Shown here: one piece after another, positions 44,943-53,756 of the stretch | How the letters are laid out: each line of letters starts with the position of its first letter | Numbering within the stretch: the stretch's first letter is position 1 | Assembly (NCBI GenBank): GCA_021414025.1 | Contig: JAIOPG010000007.1 | Span: 54,008 to 118,007 of the forward strand | Length of the DNA stretch: 64,000 nucleotides | Direction: 5' to 3' | Source: Planctomycetota bacterium | Lineage (GTDB): Bacteria > Planctomycetota > Phycisphaerae > Phycisphaerales > SM1A02 | Notes under the pieces: model-generated | Told to the model about the DNA's origin: nothing | The model's input: only the letters and a program-made list of their open reading frames with translations | Databases searched by the model: none | Position numbers and translations under genes: made by a program

Positions 44943-46571
44943 ATGACCCTTGCCCCGCAATTTGTGCTTGCCTCGATCGCATCGTTGCTGCTTGCCGCGG
45001 ACAACGCGCCGCGGCAATTCGGGCACGCGCGGACATCGGCGTCGGACATTGCGACTTCCAAAATTGGCGATGCCTCGCCGGTGTGGGTCTTCTTCCGCGA
45101 GGCGCGAACCGCGCCCTGCGACGCCTGCGACACTGCGATCACCGACCTGGCCATCGAGCGCCGTGCCCACCGACGGACGCTGCCGGGACTGGTCGATGTC
45201 CGCGATGTGCCGGTGCCAACGGAATTCACCGACGCGGTCGCCGCCACCGGCGCCACCATCCGCGTCACCAGCCGCTGGCTCAACGCCGTCAGCGCCATGG
45301 CCACGCCCGCCCAGGTCGCGGCGCTCAAGCAACTTCCCGGCGTACTCCGCGTCGAGGGCGTCCGCCGTGGTCGCTCAATCGGACAGGATGAATGCGATTC
45401 GCTCACGGCGGCGCCGGAATTCCAGAGGTTCGGCAGCGACTTCTATGGCAACGCCGCCACGCAGACGGACCAGATCGACCTGCGGAATCTGCACAACGCC
45501 GGCTACCGCGGCGCGGGCATCGTGATCGGCGTGCTGGACTGCGGATTCAACCGCGTCCACGAGGCTTTCCACAGCGCCGAGCATCCGCTGCAGGTGATTG
45601 CCGAATGGGATTTCGTGAAGAACGACGGCAACACCGGCATCGAAGCCGGCGACTACTCCGAGCAGCACAAGCACGGCACCTGGATCCTGGGAACGATGGC
45701 GGCCTACATGCCCAATCAACTCGTGGGCACCGCCTACGAGGCGAAGTTCGTGCTGGCCAAGACCGAGAAGGTGGACACTGAGACCTCCATCGAGGAGGAC
45801 TGGTACGTCGGGGGGCTGGAGTTCGTCGAGGCTCACGGCGCCGATCTGGCGACCAGCTCGCTGGGCTACATCGATTGGTATTCACAGGACGACATGGACG
45901 GACACACTGCGGTCACCACGATCGCGGTGAATCAAGCCACCGCCAACGGGCTGATCTGCCTGACCGCCGCGGGCAATGAGGGCCACGATGCCGATCCCGC
46001 GACCAACACGCTGATCGCGCCGGCCGACGCGCTGCAGGTGATCTCCTGCGGCGCGGTGTATGACACCGGTGCGATCGCGGAATTTTCCTCCAGCGGCCCC
46101 ACCTTCGACGGCCGCGTGAAGCCGGAGATCCTGGCGATGGGAGTGCAGACGGCGACGATCAACAGCACCGCCGCGACGGGCTTCAGCGCGGTCAGCGGCA
46201 CCAGCCTGAGCACGCCGGTCCTGGCCGGCGCGGTGGCCTGCATGCTGCAGGCGCGGCCCGATTTCACGGTGGACTCCATCCGCCAGGCGCTCTTCGCGAC
46301 CGCCACGCAGTCGGATGAGTTCGGCCTGCATCCCGATCCGCTCTTTGTAACTGGCTACGGCATCGCTCAGGCGTACAAGGCCTCGCAATATGCGCCGCCC
46401 TGCCCGAGCGACCTGGACGGCTCCGGCGAAGTCGATGGCGGCGACATTGGTTTGGTGCTGCTTGATTTCGGGCCTTGCCCCGGCTGCTCCACGGATCTCG
46501 ACGGCTCGGGCGAGGTCGATGGCGGCGACATTGGCTTGGTGCTGCTCAGCTTCGGCCCTTGCAACAGTTGA
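44943..46571 (+). CDS. Secreted S8-family (subtilisin-like) serine peptidase with two C-terminal dockerin-like modules
   Basis: Signal peptide from MTLAPQFVLASIASLLLAA. Catalytic triad contexts GVLDCGF (D), HGTWILGTMA (H), SGTSLSTPVLAG (S). The C-terminus is DLDGSGEVDGGDIGLVLLDFGPC, present twice. Confidence 0.85.
   Translation: MTLAPQFVLASIASLLLAADNAPRQFGHARTSASDIATSKIGDASPVWVFFREARTAPCDACDTAITDLAIERRAHRRTLPGLVDVRDVPVPTEFTDAVAATGATIRVTSRWLNAVSAMATPAQVAALKQLPGVLRVEGVRRGRSIGQDECDSLTAAPEFQRFGSDFYGNAATQTDQIDLRNLHNAGYRGAGIVIGVLDCGFNRVHEAFHSAEHPLQVIAEWDFVKNDGNTGIEAGDYSEQHKHGTWILGTMAAYMPNQLVGTAYEAKFVLAKTEKVDTETSIEEDWYVGGLEFVEAHGADLATSSLGYIDWYSQDDMDGHTAVTTIAVNQATANGLICLTAAGNEGHDADPATNTLIAPADALQVISCGAVYDTGAIAEFSSSGPTFDGRVKPEILAMGVQTATINSTAATGFSAVSGTSLSTPVLAGAVACMLQARPDFTVDSIRQALFATATQSDEFGLHPDPLFVTGYGIAQAYKASQYAPPCPSDLDGSGEVDGGDIGLVLLDFGPCPGCSTDLDGSGEVDGGDIGLVLLSFGPCNS
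46410..46568 (+). repeat. Tandem coding repeat: two dockerin/EF-hand-like D-x-D-G-S-G-E-V-D-G-G-D-x-G-L-V-L-L-x-F-G-P-C modules
   Basis: Two near-identical units of about 26 codons at the 3' end of the S8 peptidase gene. A related pair occurs at 47274-47420 in the next gene. Confidence 0.8.
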
Positions 46572-46582
46572 TGCGATTGTTC

Positions 46583-46687
46583 GTGAGCGGCGAGAAAAGT
46601 GCTATCACCAAGCGAGTTTAGCGCAGGGCGAGTCTGCGAGCCCGGAGCGTTGTCTGAGCGACTGATAGCACTTTTCTTGCCGCTCAC
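46583..46687. repeat. Long intergenic inverted repeat (25-nt arms, 55-nt spacer), REP/MITE-like
   Basis: Left arm GTGAGCGGCGAGAAAAGTGCTATCA (46583-46607). Right arm TGATAGCACTTTTCTTGCCGCTCAC (46663-46687). The arms are complementary except for one position, which would be a G-U pair in RNA. The element shares a 17-mer with a hairpin at 48933-48959. Confidence 0.7.
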
Positions 46688-46745
46688 CTACCGAAACTCT
46701 TTATTATGTGCTTGAATCAAGGCAAATTGCGAGTATCTTGCGGGC

Positions 46746-47423
46746 ATGATTCAACTCTCGCTTCTCAAGCGGCGCATGTTCCCGCTCGTTGCCATCGTCT
46801 CGCTGGCCACTTCGTCGGCGGCCTTCGCCCATGACGAGGAGAAGGAAATTCACATCGGCCGCAACTCGGCGGGCCAGCTGGTCGCCGAAGTCGCCTTCCA
46901 TCAGCCCGGACACATCGAAGTCTCGGTCTTCCCAGGCTATGACGGCTACGCGACCGGGCTGATCGGAATCCACTCCGCGGAGCTTGACGAGCCCGACGAG
47001 GACTTCTACACGATGAGCGAGACCTGCGACATCCAGGCGATCTTCGTGAGCGCAGATTACGGCCTGAAGGTCTACAACGGCCCGAATCCCATGTCTTTCG
47101 GCGACATCATGCCGCTGGGCACTCCCTTCTTCGACTACCACCCGGTGTTTCACATCTTTGACGGCCAGGTGGGCGAAAGCTTCGAGCTGCAGATGTACCT
47201 GCACGATGTCAGCGGCCAGTTCTCAGACAGCGAGATCTTCACGGTCAGCTTTGCGCCGGAGCCGGAGTTTGGCGACATCAACGAGGACGGATCCGTCGAC
47301 GGCGGCGATCTTGGCTTGGTGCTGCTTGACTTCGGCCCATGCGACCACTGCGAAACCGATCTCGACGAGTCGGGCGAAGTCGACGGCGGCGATGTCGGCC
47401 TGCTGCTGCTGAGCTACTCCTGA
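46746..47423 (+). CDS. Hypothetical secreted protein with two C-terminal dockerin-like modules
   Basis: Signal peptide (LVAIVSLATSSAAFA), an unrecognised domain of about 150 aa, then DINEDGSVDGGDLGLVLLDFGPC and DLDESGEVDGGDVGLLLLSYS. Confidence 0.7.
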   Translation: MIQLSLLKRRMFPLVAIVSLATSSAAFAHDEEKEIHIGRNSAGQLVAEVAFHQPGHIEVSVFPGYDGYATGLIGIHSAELDEPDEDFYTMSETCDIQAIFVSADYGLKVYNGPNPMSFGDIMPLGTPFFDYHPVFHIFDGQVGESFELQMYLHDVSGQFSDSEIFTVSFAPEPEFGDINEDGSVDGGDLGLVLLDFGPCDHCETDLDESGEVDGGDVGLLLLSYS

Positions 47424-47493
47424 CCCGCTTGTCGAGATTCTTGATTGCCGGCGAATGCGCTGTAGCGCACGAGTTGGCCGCAAGCGGGATTTT

Positions 47494-48876
47494 CTACAGC
47501 AAGGTTCCCCGCAGGATCAAGGCCGCGACGCTGAAGTAGATCACCAGTCCCGTGACATCGACCAGCGTCGCCACGAAAGGCGCCGAGCTTGTCGCCGGAT
47601 CCAGCTTCACAGCCCTGAGCATGAAAGGCAGCATGCTTCCAACGATCGTGCCGAAGGTCATGACTCCGATCAGGCTCAGCCAGACCGTCACGCCGATCAG
47701 CAGATAGTGCGGGCCGTAGTCGAACCAGCCGATGTGCTGCCAGAGATAGACGCGGAGGAAACCGATGAATCCCAGCCACGTGCCCAGCAGCAAGCCCGAG
47801 GCGAGCTCGCGTCGGGCCACGTGCCACCAGTCGGAAAGCTTGAGTTCGGTCAGGGCCAGTGCGCGGATGATCAGCGTGGTCGCCTGCGAGCCGGAGTTGC
47901 CGCCGCTGGAAATGATGAGCGGAATGAACAGCGCAAGCACCACCGCCTTCTCGATCTCGATCTGGAAGTGCGCCATGGCCGAGGCCGTGAGCATCTCTCC
48001 CAGAAAAAGAACGGAGAGCCAGCCGCCGCGCTTCTTCAGCAGGGTCAGGAAGGGCGTCTGGGTGTAGGGCGTATCGATCGCCTCCATGCCGCCGAGCTTC
48101 TGCATGTCCTCGGTGGCCTCCTTGCGGGCGACATCGAGCACGTCGTCCACCGTGATGATGCCCAGCATCTTTCCGTCGGCGTCGACCACGGGCAGCGCGG
48201 TGCGATCGTAGTGCTCGAAGGACTTGACGACCTCGGATTCGGTCGCCCGCACCGGGATCGTCACCACCGGGGAATCCTGCAGCGAGCCGACGACCGTTCC
48301 GGGCTCGGCGCGGATCACGGTGGCGAGGCGGAGATCCTCGATCAGCTTGCCGCTGGAGTCCACGACGTAAACGATGTTGAGCGTCTCGGTGGTCTTGGGC
48401 GAGCGGCGGATGTGCTCCAAGGCCTGCTCCACGGTCATCTCGGAGCGCAGGGCGACGTAGTTGGGCGTCATCAAGTGGCCGGCGGTTCCCGGCGGATAGT
48501 TGAGCAGCGCGCGGGTGGCGGCGAGTTCCTTGGGCGGCAGAACATCCAGCAGGCGACGCGTGACTTCCGCGGGCAATTCGTCGAGCAGGCGAACGCGATC
48601 GTCGGGCGTCATGGCGGCGAAGATGTCTCGGGTCTGATCCGTCGTGAGCGACTGGATCAGCTCCTCCTGCTTTTCCACCGGCAGATAGGAGAAGACCGAG
48701 GCGGAGCGGTCCCGTGGAAGCAGCCGGAAGATGACGCCCTCGTCCTCGGCCGGCAGGTCGATCGCCAGCTCAGCCAAGTCCTGGTCGGTGAGACCGACGA
48801 TGGCCTTGCGCAACTCGTCCCAATTCTTTTCCTGGATGAGCTCTTCCAAATCAAGTTGTAGAAGATGGCCGAGCAT
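47494..48876 (-). CDS. mgtE: Magnesium transporter MgtE
   Basis: MgtE N-domain, tandem CBS domains, and a C-terminal five-TM channel with the SSGGNSGSQ and PFVATLVDVTGL motifs. Confidence 0.9.
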   Translation of the reverse strand: MLGHLLQLDLEELIQEKNWDELRKAIVGLTDQDLAELAIDLPAEDEGVIFRLLPRDRSASVFSYLPVEKQEELIQSLTTDQTRDIFAAMTPDDRVRLLDELPAEVTRRLLDVLPPKELAATRALLNYPPGTAGHLMTPNYVALRSEMTVEQALEHIRRSPKTTETLNIVYVVDSSGKLIEDLRLATVIRAEPGTVVGSLQDSPVVTIPVRATESEVVKSFEHYDRTALPVVDADGKMLGIITVDDVLDVARKEATEDMQKLGGMEAIDTPYTQTPFLTLLKKRGGWLSVLFLGEMLTASAMAHFQIEIEKAVVLALFIPLIISSGGNSGSQATTLIIRALALTELKLSDWWHVARRELASGLLLGTWLGFIGFLRVYLWQHIGWFDYGPHYLLIGVTVWLSLIGVMTFGTIVGSMLPFMLRAVKLDPATSSAPFVATLVDVTGLVIYFSVAALILRGTLL

Positions 48877-48932
48877 GCGGAGTCTCCGGGGCGACGATTT
48901 CCAAGACCGCGGACAGTGTAAGCATTTGCTCC

Positions 48933-48959
48933 GTGAGCGAGGTGCTATCAGTCGCTCAC
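48933..48959. repeat. Short palindromic element related to the 46583-46687 inverted repeat
   Basis: GTGAGCGA-GGTGCTATCAG-TCGCTCAC hairpin overlapping the stop codon of the GNAT gene. The 17-mer GTGCTATCAGTCGCTCA (48942-48958) is the exact reverse complement of 46655-46671. Confidence 0.55.
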
Positions 48960-49459
48960 TTCGTCAACACTTTCTCGAAGTAAATGAGCGGAGCCTTGCG
49001 ATAGGTGACGCGGCCGACTTCGCGGAGGCCGCACTTGGCGTAGAACTCGCCGGCTCCGGCGTCGGCGTCGAAGGCATCCAGGCGGATCGCGTCGGCCGGC
49101 CAGGATCGGGCTTGTTTCACGGCTTCTTCGAGAAGCTGGCGCCCGATGCCTTTGCGCTGCATCGTGGGGAACACCGCCATGCTGGTCAGGTAAAGCGGCT
49201 TCTTCACCGGCGCGAAATAGGAGACGTCGATCGCCCAGGGCTTCTTGGTGTGCAGGTCGAGCGTGCCGACGATGCGCCTGCCTTTGCGGGCGACGACCAC
49301 GCGCAGGTTCTTGGCGCTGAACCACTGGCCTTTGAGGGAGGACGCCGAGGTCCAAGGTCCCTTGCCGAATGTGCGAAAGAGCTCTTCAGCGGCCGCACGG
49401 TGCAGAGCGGCCAGTTCAGGTCCATCTGCTTCCGCAGCCAGTGAGAAGGAAAGTTTCAT
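48956..49459 (-). CDS. GNAT-family N-acetyltransferase
   Basis: 167 aa with the acetyl-CoA-binding motif A, MQRKGIGRQLL (Q/R-x-x-G-x-G/A). Confidence 0.82.
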   Translation of the reverse strand: MKLSFSLAAEADGPELAALHRAAAEELFRTFGKGPWTSASSLKGQWFSAKNLRVVVARKGRRIVGTLDLHTKKPWAIDVSYFAPVKKPLYLTSMAVFPTMQRKGIGRQLLEEAVKQARSWPADAIRLDAFDADAGAGEFYAKCGLREVGRVTYRKAPLIYFEKVLTK

Positions 49460-49478
49460 TTCAGTTCAGCAACGGTGA

Positions 49479-50471
49479 TCAAATCCACCACGGCTTGCCG
49501 GCCTTCTCGTGGATGATGCAATCGTGCAGGAAATCCGCGGCTTTCACAAACCCCTCCTCGATGCTCATGAGCGCATCTTCGTGCTCGATGGAGAGCACGT
49601 GGTCGTAGCCCTGACGCCGCAGCATGGCGACGAAGGGTTTCCAGAACTCGTGCCCGTTCCCCGACCCGCAGGTGCAAAAGCTCCACGACCGCTCGTGCAG
49701 ATTGTCGTACGGCCGCGCGTCCAGATACCCGTTGCGAGACCCCTCATGTGAATCCAGCCGCGTGTCCTTGGCGTGCACATGGAAGAGCAGTCCCGCCTCG
49801 CCAAGGTCCTGCGCCGCCAGCACTGGATCGATCCCCTGCCAGAAAAGATGCGAGGGATCGAGATTGACTCCCAGCCTCGGCTTGCCGCGCACTTTCGAAG
49901 CCTTCATCGCCGCCTGCGAAAGACGGATCATGGTGTCGCTGTTGTAGACGCAGAATCCCGGATGGGGCTCGATGGCAGTGCGCACGTCGAACTTGGCGCA
50001 GTACTTCATGGCCTTCGCCCAATAGGGCACGAGCACCTTGTTCCATTGATAGTCGAGCACCTTCAGGAACTCGCCGGGCCACGGACAAGTCACCCAGTTG
50101 GGCATCGTGTCGCGGGCGCTGCCGCCAGGGCAGCCGCTGAAGGTGATGACGATGTCGGTGCCAAGCTTCGGCGCCAACTGCACCGCGGTTTCCCACGCGG
50201 CGTGATGGTCGCGGGCGATTTTCTTGTCGGGGTGCACCGGATTGCCATGCACCGCCAGCGCGCTGAGCGTGAGCCCGTAATCCCGCAGCGTGCTCTTGAT
50301 GCGATCCTGTTCCTTGGCGCTTGAGAGCACCTTCTTCGGGTCGAAAAATCCCTTGCCGGGATAGGCGCCAGCCGGCAATTCGATGGCCTCAAGCCCATGC
50401 TCGGCGAGGAATTGGCAGACTTCATCCAGGGGCCGACCGGAAAACAACGCGCTCATGACGCCAAGTTTCAT
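49479..50471 (-). CDS. Sugar phosphate isomerase/epimerase (xylose isomerase-like TIM barrel)
   Basis: Start taken at MKLGVMSALF. Typical family pattern with conserved E/H/D metal-ligand contexts (AIEPHPG, HVHAKD, LSIEHED). Confidence 0.8.
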   Translation of the reverse strand: MKLGVMSALFSGRPLDEVCQFLAEHGLEAIELPAGAYPGKGFFDPKKVLSSAKEQDRIKSTLRDYGLTLSALAVHGNPVHPDKKIARDHHAAWETAVQLAPKLGTDIVITFSGCPGGSARDTMPNWVTCPWPGEFLKVLDYQWNKVLVPYWAKAMKYCAKFDVRTAIEPHPGFCVYNSDTMIRLSQAAMKASKVRGKPRLGVNLDPSHLFWQGIDPVLAAQDLGEAGLLFHVHAKDTRLDSHEGSRNGYLDARPYDNLHERSWSFCTCGSGNGHEFWKPFVAMLRRQGYDHVLSIEHEDALMSIEEGFVKAADFLHDCIIHEKAGKPWWI

Positions 50472-50597
50472 AGGGGATTCTCCTGTGGAAACGCTACCCG
50501 AAATCTTGCGACGTTGACTCATGATCCTGCCGCGGCGGCGCTCTGGGGAGCCGCAGTTGGCACGCGTGGCGATTCATGTCAGAATGCTCGACGACCC

Positions 50598-52094
50598 ATG
50601 TTTTTGAGCCTCTTCCTATGTTTGCTCGCTCCGCCGGCAGAGCCCGCGACCACGCCGCCGGCCCCGCCTGCAGCGACTTCGCCCGCGAACCCTCCCACGG
50701 CAACACCTCCAACTGCGCCTGCAACAGCGCCCTCGACCAAGCCTCCCTCCAACGCCGATTCTTCGATACCCGAGGCGCCGCCGGTCGCCGCGCCCGCACC
50801 GCGTCAGGTGCGCGTGCTCATCGACCGCTTCAAGGAAAGCGGTGGCACGATCGTGCGCGAAGACGATTCGGTGCTGGTGATTCGCACGCCCGAGGGCCTG
50901 GAAAAATCATTCGACAAGTCGCTGCTGCTGGGCGTCTTCCCTCTGCTGGACGCCCCCGAAGGCACGCCGGTCATCGTGCAGTTCCGCGACGGCCGGCGCG
51001 TGGAAGCCGAGCTGATCCGCGACGAGCTGAACTCGGCCCGCGTCCGCATCGCCAACATCGAGGTCACGCTGCCGCGCGACAACTTCTGGGCCCTTGAGCT
51101 GGCCCCCTCCTTCGAGGATTCGCTCGCCGCGCTGCGGGCGGGCATTGCGCCGACCGCCTGGCCGCAGCGCGTGCAGCTGGCCAAGTGGATGCTCGAGCAG
51201 AACCAGCCGCTGGCCGCCAAGGAAGAGCTCACGGAAATTCTGCGCTCCTACGACTCGCAGGAGGCCCATGACCTGATGACCCGCGCCGACGCGCTGATCC
51301 GCATCCAGGCCTCGGGCAATTCCACCAGCTCCAAGAACAAGAAGCCCCGCACCGGATCCTCCAAGCCCACCATGGATCAGCCCGGCCTGCCGACGCAGCG
51401 ACTCAGCCCCGACGACGTGAACATCCTCAAGGTTTTCGAGGTCAACTTCGAGCGGCCGCCGCGCATGGAGGCAAGCCCCGATCTCGCCCGCAAGATCATC
51501 GCCCGCTACGCCACCAGCGACCTGCTGCCCGCCGATCCCGACGCCCGCAAGGCCATGGACACCTGGAGCCCGGAGCAGCTGCTCAAGCTGCTCTTCGCGC
51601 TCAAGGCGCGCGAGCTCTACCAGGACATCACCGTCACCGGCGAGCCCATCGCGCTGGAACTCTTTCATCGCCGCGTGCACGACACCTGGCTGATCCCCAA
51701 CTGCTCCACCAGCCGCTGTCACGGCGGCCTGAACGGCGGTGGCTTCTTCATGTTCTCCACCGACTACCGCAACGAGCGCACCCGCTACACCAACCTGCTC
51801 ATCCTGCTGCGCTCGCCGCCGCTGGAGGGCAAGCCGCCCCTGATTGACTTTGCCCACCCTGACCAGTCGCTGCTGATCCAATACGCGCGGCCGAGGATCG
51901 ACGCCAAGTTCCCCCATCCGGACGTCCCCGGCTGGAAGCCCGCCCTGATTCCCGGCCGCGAATCCCTGCTCAACGACGCCCTGCTGTGGATCCGCGGCAT
52001 GCACCAGCCGCGCGCCGAGTACCCCATCGATTACACCCCGCCCTCGCTGAAAAGTCCGCGGGCCCTGGAGCCCGGCAGCGGGCCCGATCGATAG
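50598..52094 (+). CDS. Hypothetical secreted protein with Pro/Thr/Ala-rich N-terminal linker
   Basis: Start taken at MFLSLFLCLLAPPA within the longer track ORF. High GC3. No family recognised. Contains NCSTSRCHGGLNGGG. Confidence 0.65.
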   Translation: MFLSLFLCLLAPPAEPATTPPAPPAATSPANPPTATPPTAPATAPSTKPPSNADSSIPEAPPVAAPAPRQVRVLIDRFKESGGTIVREDDSVLVIRTPEGLEKSFDKSLLLGVFPLLDAPEGTPVIVQFRDGRRVEAELIRDELNSARVRIANIEVTLPRDNFWALELAPSFEDSLAALRAGIAPTAWPQRVQLAKWMLEQNQPLAAKEELTEILRSYDSQEAHDLMTRADALIRIQASGNSTSSKNKKPRTGSSKPTMDQPGLPTQRLSPDDVNILKVFEVNFERPPRMEASPDLARKIIARYATSDLLPADPDARKAMDTWSPEQLLKLLFALKARELYQDITVTGEPIALELFHRRVHDTWLIPNCSTSRCHGGLNGGGFFMFSTDYRNERTRYTNLLILLRSPPLEGKPPLIDFAHPDQSLLIQYARPRIDAKFPHPDVPGWKPALIPGRESLLNDALLWIRGMHQPRAEYPIDYTPPSLKSPRALEPGSGPDR

Positions 52095-52118
52095 CCATTT
52101 CCTCGTTAGAATCCCCCG

Positions 52119-53732
52119 ATGCGCTCCCCGACTCAACTTGCGGCAGTTTCGCTCGTCCTCTTCTGCGGCTGCCTCAGCGGCTGCATGGACGAGGCGGCGC
52201 TGGCGCAGCGCGAGGCCGCCAAGAAACTCAAGGACACCGTGACCGCGAGCCAGAAGGCGATGGCGGAAGTTTCCGCGATCGATCCTGCGGGCAACCGGGC
52301 CAGCGCCGAGAAGCTGCGCAGCATCGCGGCCAGCGCCACGCCGACCGCGGGCTCCATGGCCAGCCAGAAGGCGGCCATGGCAATGATCGGTTCGCAGTTG
52401 CTGGTGCAGGCGGCGCGATTGGACGCGGCGGCGATCGAGCAGATCGAGAAGGCCCAGCGCACCGACGCCGATGACACGATCTTTCTTGCCAGCCTGAGCC
52501 ACCAGTTCCAGATGCTTTCCAAGAGTTCCGTGGTGGAGGTGCCGCCGGAGGCCCGCGCGATGCTGGAGCAGGACCGCCAAGCCGGCGAGATGGCGGTGAC
52601 CGCGATCTCGGCCCAGTCCGACAAGCTCAAGAGCGTCGTCGACAGCGCCAACAGCACGATCGCCGCCCACGAAAAGAACGCGCTGGAGCTGGAGAAGAAG
52701 GCGGGCGAGCTGAAGCAGCAGGCTGCGGCCGCCGGTCCGATCGGCGGATTCCAATTGACCGTCCAGTCGCAGAAATCGCTGGCCGATTCGCGCAAATACC
52801 GCAGCCAGGCGGCGACCCTGGATCTGGACACTCAGCAGACGGCATTGGAGCAGCGACTCGCCTCGAAGACCGGCGCGGCCTTCCAGGAAAGTCTGGACCG
52901 CAACAAGTCGGGTCTCGAGGCCATCGAAAAGATCGAGTCGGTGCGCGAGGCCTCGGTGAAGGATCTGGCCAAGATCGCCGGGCAATACCGCGAGGCGGCG
53001 CTTGCCTCTGCGAAATCGACGCGCGACGCATCGGCCAAGGCCGGGGAGCTCTACAACGGCGCGATCGAAAGCCTGGAGAAGGCCGTGAGCCTGGCTCAGC
53101 AGGCCTCCAGCGGCGGCAGCGAGATGGCCAAGAGCGCCAAGTCCTCGCTGGTCGCGGCGCAATTGTCGCTGGCCGCGATGGCGGAGCGGCGCGCGGGCGC
53201 GTCCTCGATGGAAATCGCCGCCTACAACGCGGCCGCCAAGGTCGATCCCGATGGCTCGTGGACCAAAGACGCCGCGGCAGCGCAGACCACGCGCAGCGCC
53301 GCGATTGCCAAGGCAGCCGAGGCCCTTGAGGCCGCTCTGGCCGGGCTTCCCGAGGGCAGCGCCGAGGACAACGCGGGAAAGTTCCGCAAGGGCATCGAGC
53401 AGGCGAAGGCAAATCTGACCGGAGGCAAGGCGCCGGTCAAGACTCCCGAGAAAACTGATGACAAGGGCGAGGCGCCCAAGGATGCGCCCGCGGGCGATGC
53501 ACCGGCCGCCGATCCAGCTGCAGAGAAACCCGCTGATCCGGCGAGCCCACCGGCGACTGATCCCGCGACGGCACCTGCGACGGATCCGGCGACACCACCT
53601 GCGGAACCTGCCACGGACCCCGCAGTACCGCCTGCCGATCCATCAACGACGCCGCCAACCGATCCCGCCCCACCCGCGGATCCCGCGACCACGCCGCCGG
53701 CCGATCCACCGGCGACTCCATCATTGTCTTGA
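52119..53732 (+). CDS. Hypothetical Ala-rich coiled-coil lipoprotein with C-terminal Pro/Ala/Thr/Asp repeats
   Basis: Lipobox LFCGCLSGC. Long helical Ala/Lys/Glu-rich body. The C-terminal 80 aa are made of PATDPAT-like units. Confidence 0.65.
   Translation: MRSPTQLAAVSLVLFCGCLSGCMDEAALAQREAAKKLKDTVTASQKAMAEVSAIDPAGNRASAEKLRSIAASATPTAGSMASQKAAMAMIGSQLLVQAARLDAAAIEQIEKAQRTDADDTIFLASLSHQFQMLSKSSVVEVPPEARAMLEQDRQAGEMAVTAISAQSDKLKSVVDSANSTIAAHEKNALELEKKAGELKQQAAAAGPIGGFQLTVQSQKSLADSRKYRSQAATLDLDTQQTALEQRLASKTGAAFQESLDRNKSGLEAIEKIESVREASVKDLAKIAGQYREAALASAKSTRDASAKAGELYNGAIESLEKAVSLAQQASSGGSEMAKSAKSSLVAAQLSLAAMAERRAGASSMEIAAYNAAAKVDPDGSWTKDAAAAQTTRSAAIAKAAEALEAALAGLPEGSAEDNAGKFRKGIEQAKANLTGGKAPVKTPEKTDDKGEAPKDAPAGDAPAADPAAEKPADPASPPATDPATAPATDPATPPAEPATDPAVPPADPSTTPPTDPAPPADPATTPPADPPATPSLS
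53490..53729 (+). repeat. Low-complexity coding repeat (P-A-T-D-P units)
   Basis: The translation reads ...PADPASPPATDPATAPATDPATPPAEPATDPAVPPADPSTTPPTDPAPPADPATTPPADPPATP. The DNA shows reiterated GATCC(C/G)GC-type units. Confidence 0.7.
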
Positions 53733-53756
53733 ATTCCCGCTCGTGCGGACTGGCTC

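Noticed and set aside
44943-46571. S8 subtilisin as a mycosin-type component of the T7SS-like system
   Set aside because: It lies about 12 kb from the locus on the other strand, separated by unrelated housekeeping operons. It has a Sec signal and dockerin-like tail rather than the C-terminal TM anchor of mycosins.
47424-47493. Bidirectional terminator between the convergent dockerin-protein gene and mgtE (CCCGCTTG...CAAGCGGG plus inner TGCGC-TGTA-GCGCA)
   Set aside because: The outer arms are separated by about 46 nt and the inner stem is only 5 bp. It is plausible but too weak to list as a feature.
51700-51730. C-x4-C-H (CSTSRCH) as a heme c attachment site in the 498-aa secreted protein
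   Set aside because: Canonical sites are C-x-x-C-H. A single non-canonical occurrence without other cytochrome features is insufficient, so it is kept only as a remark in the related finding.
53490-53729. Short reiterated DNA units that could be mistaken for a CRISPR or tandem-repeat array
   Set aside because: The units are imperfect, lack unique spacers, and lie in frame within a high-GC3 ORF encoding a Pro/Ala/Thr/Asp-rich tail. This is coding low complexity.
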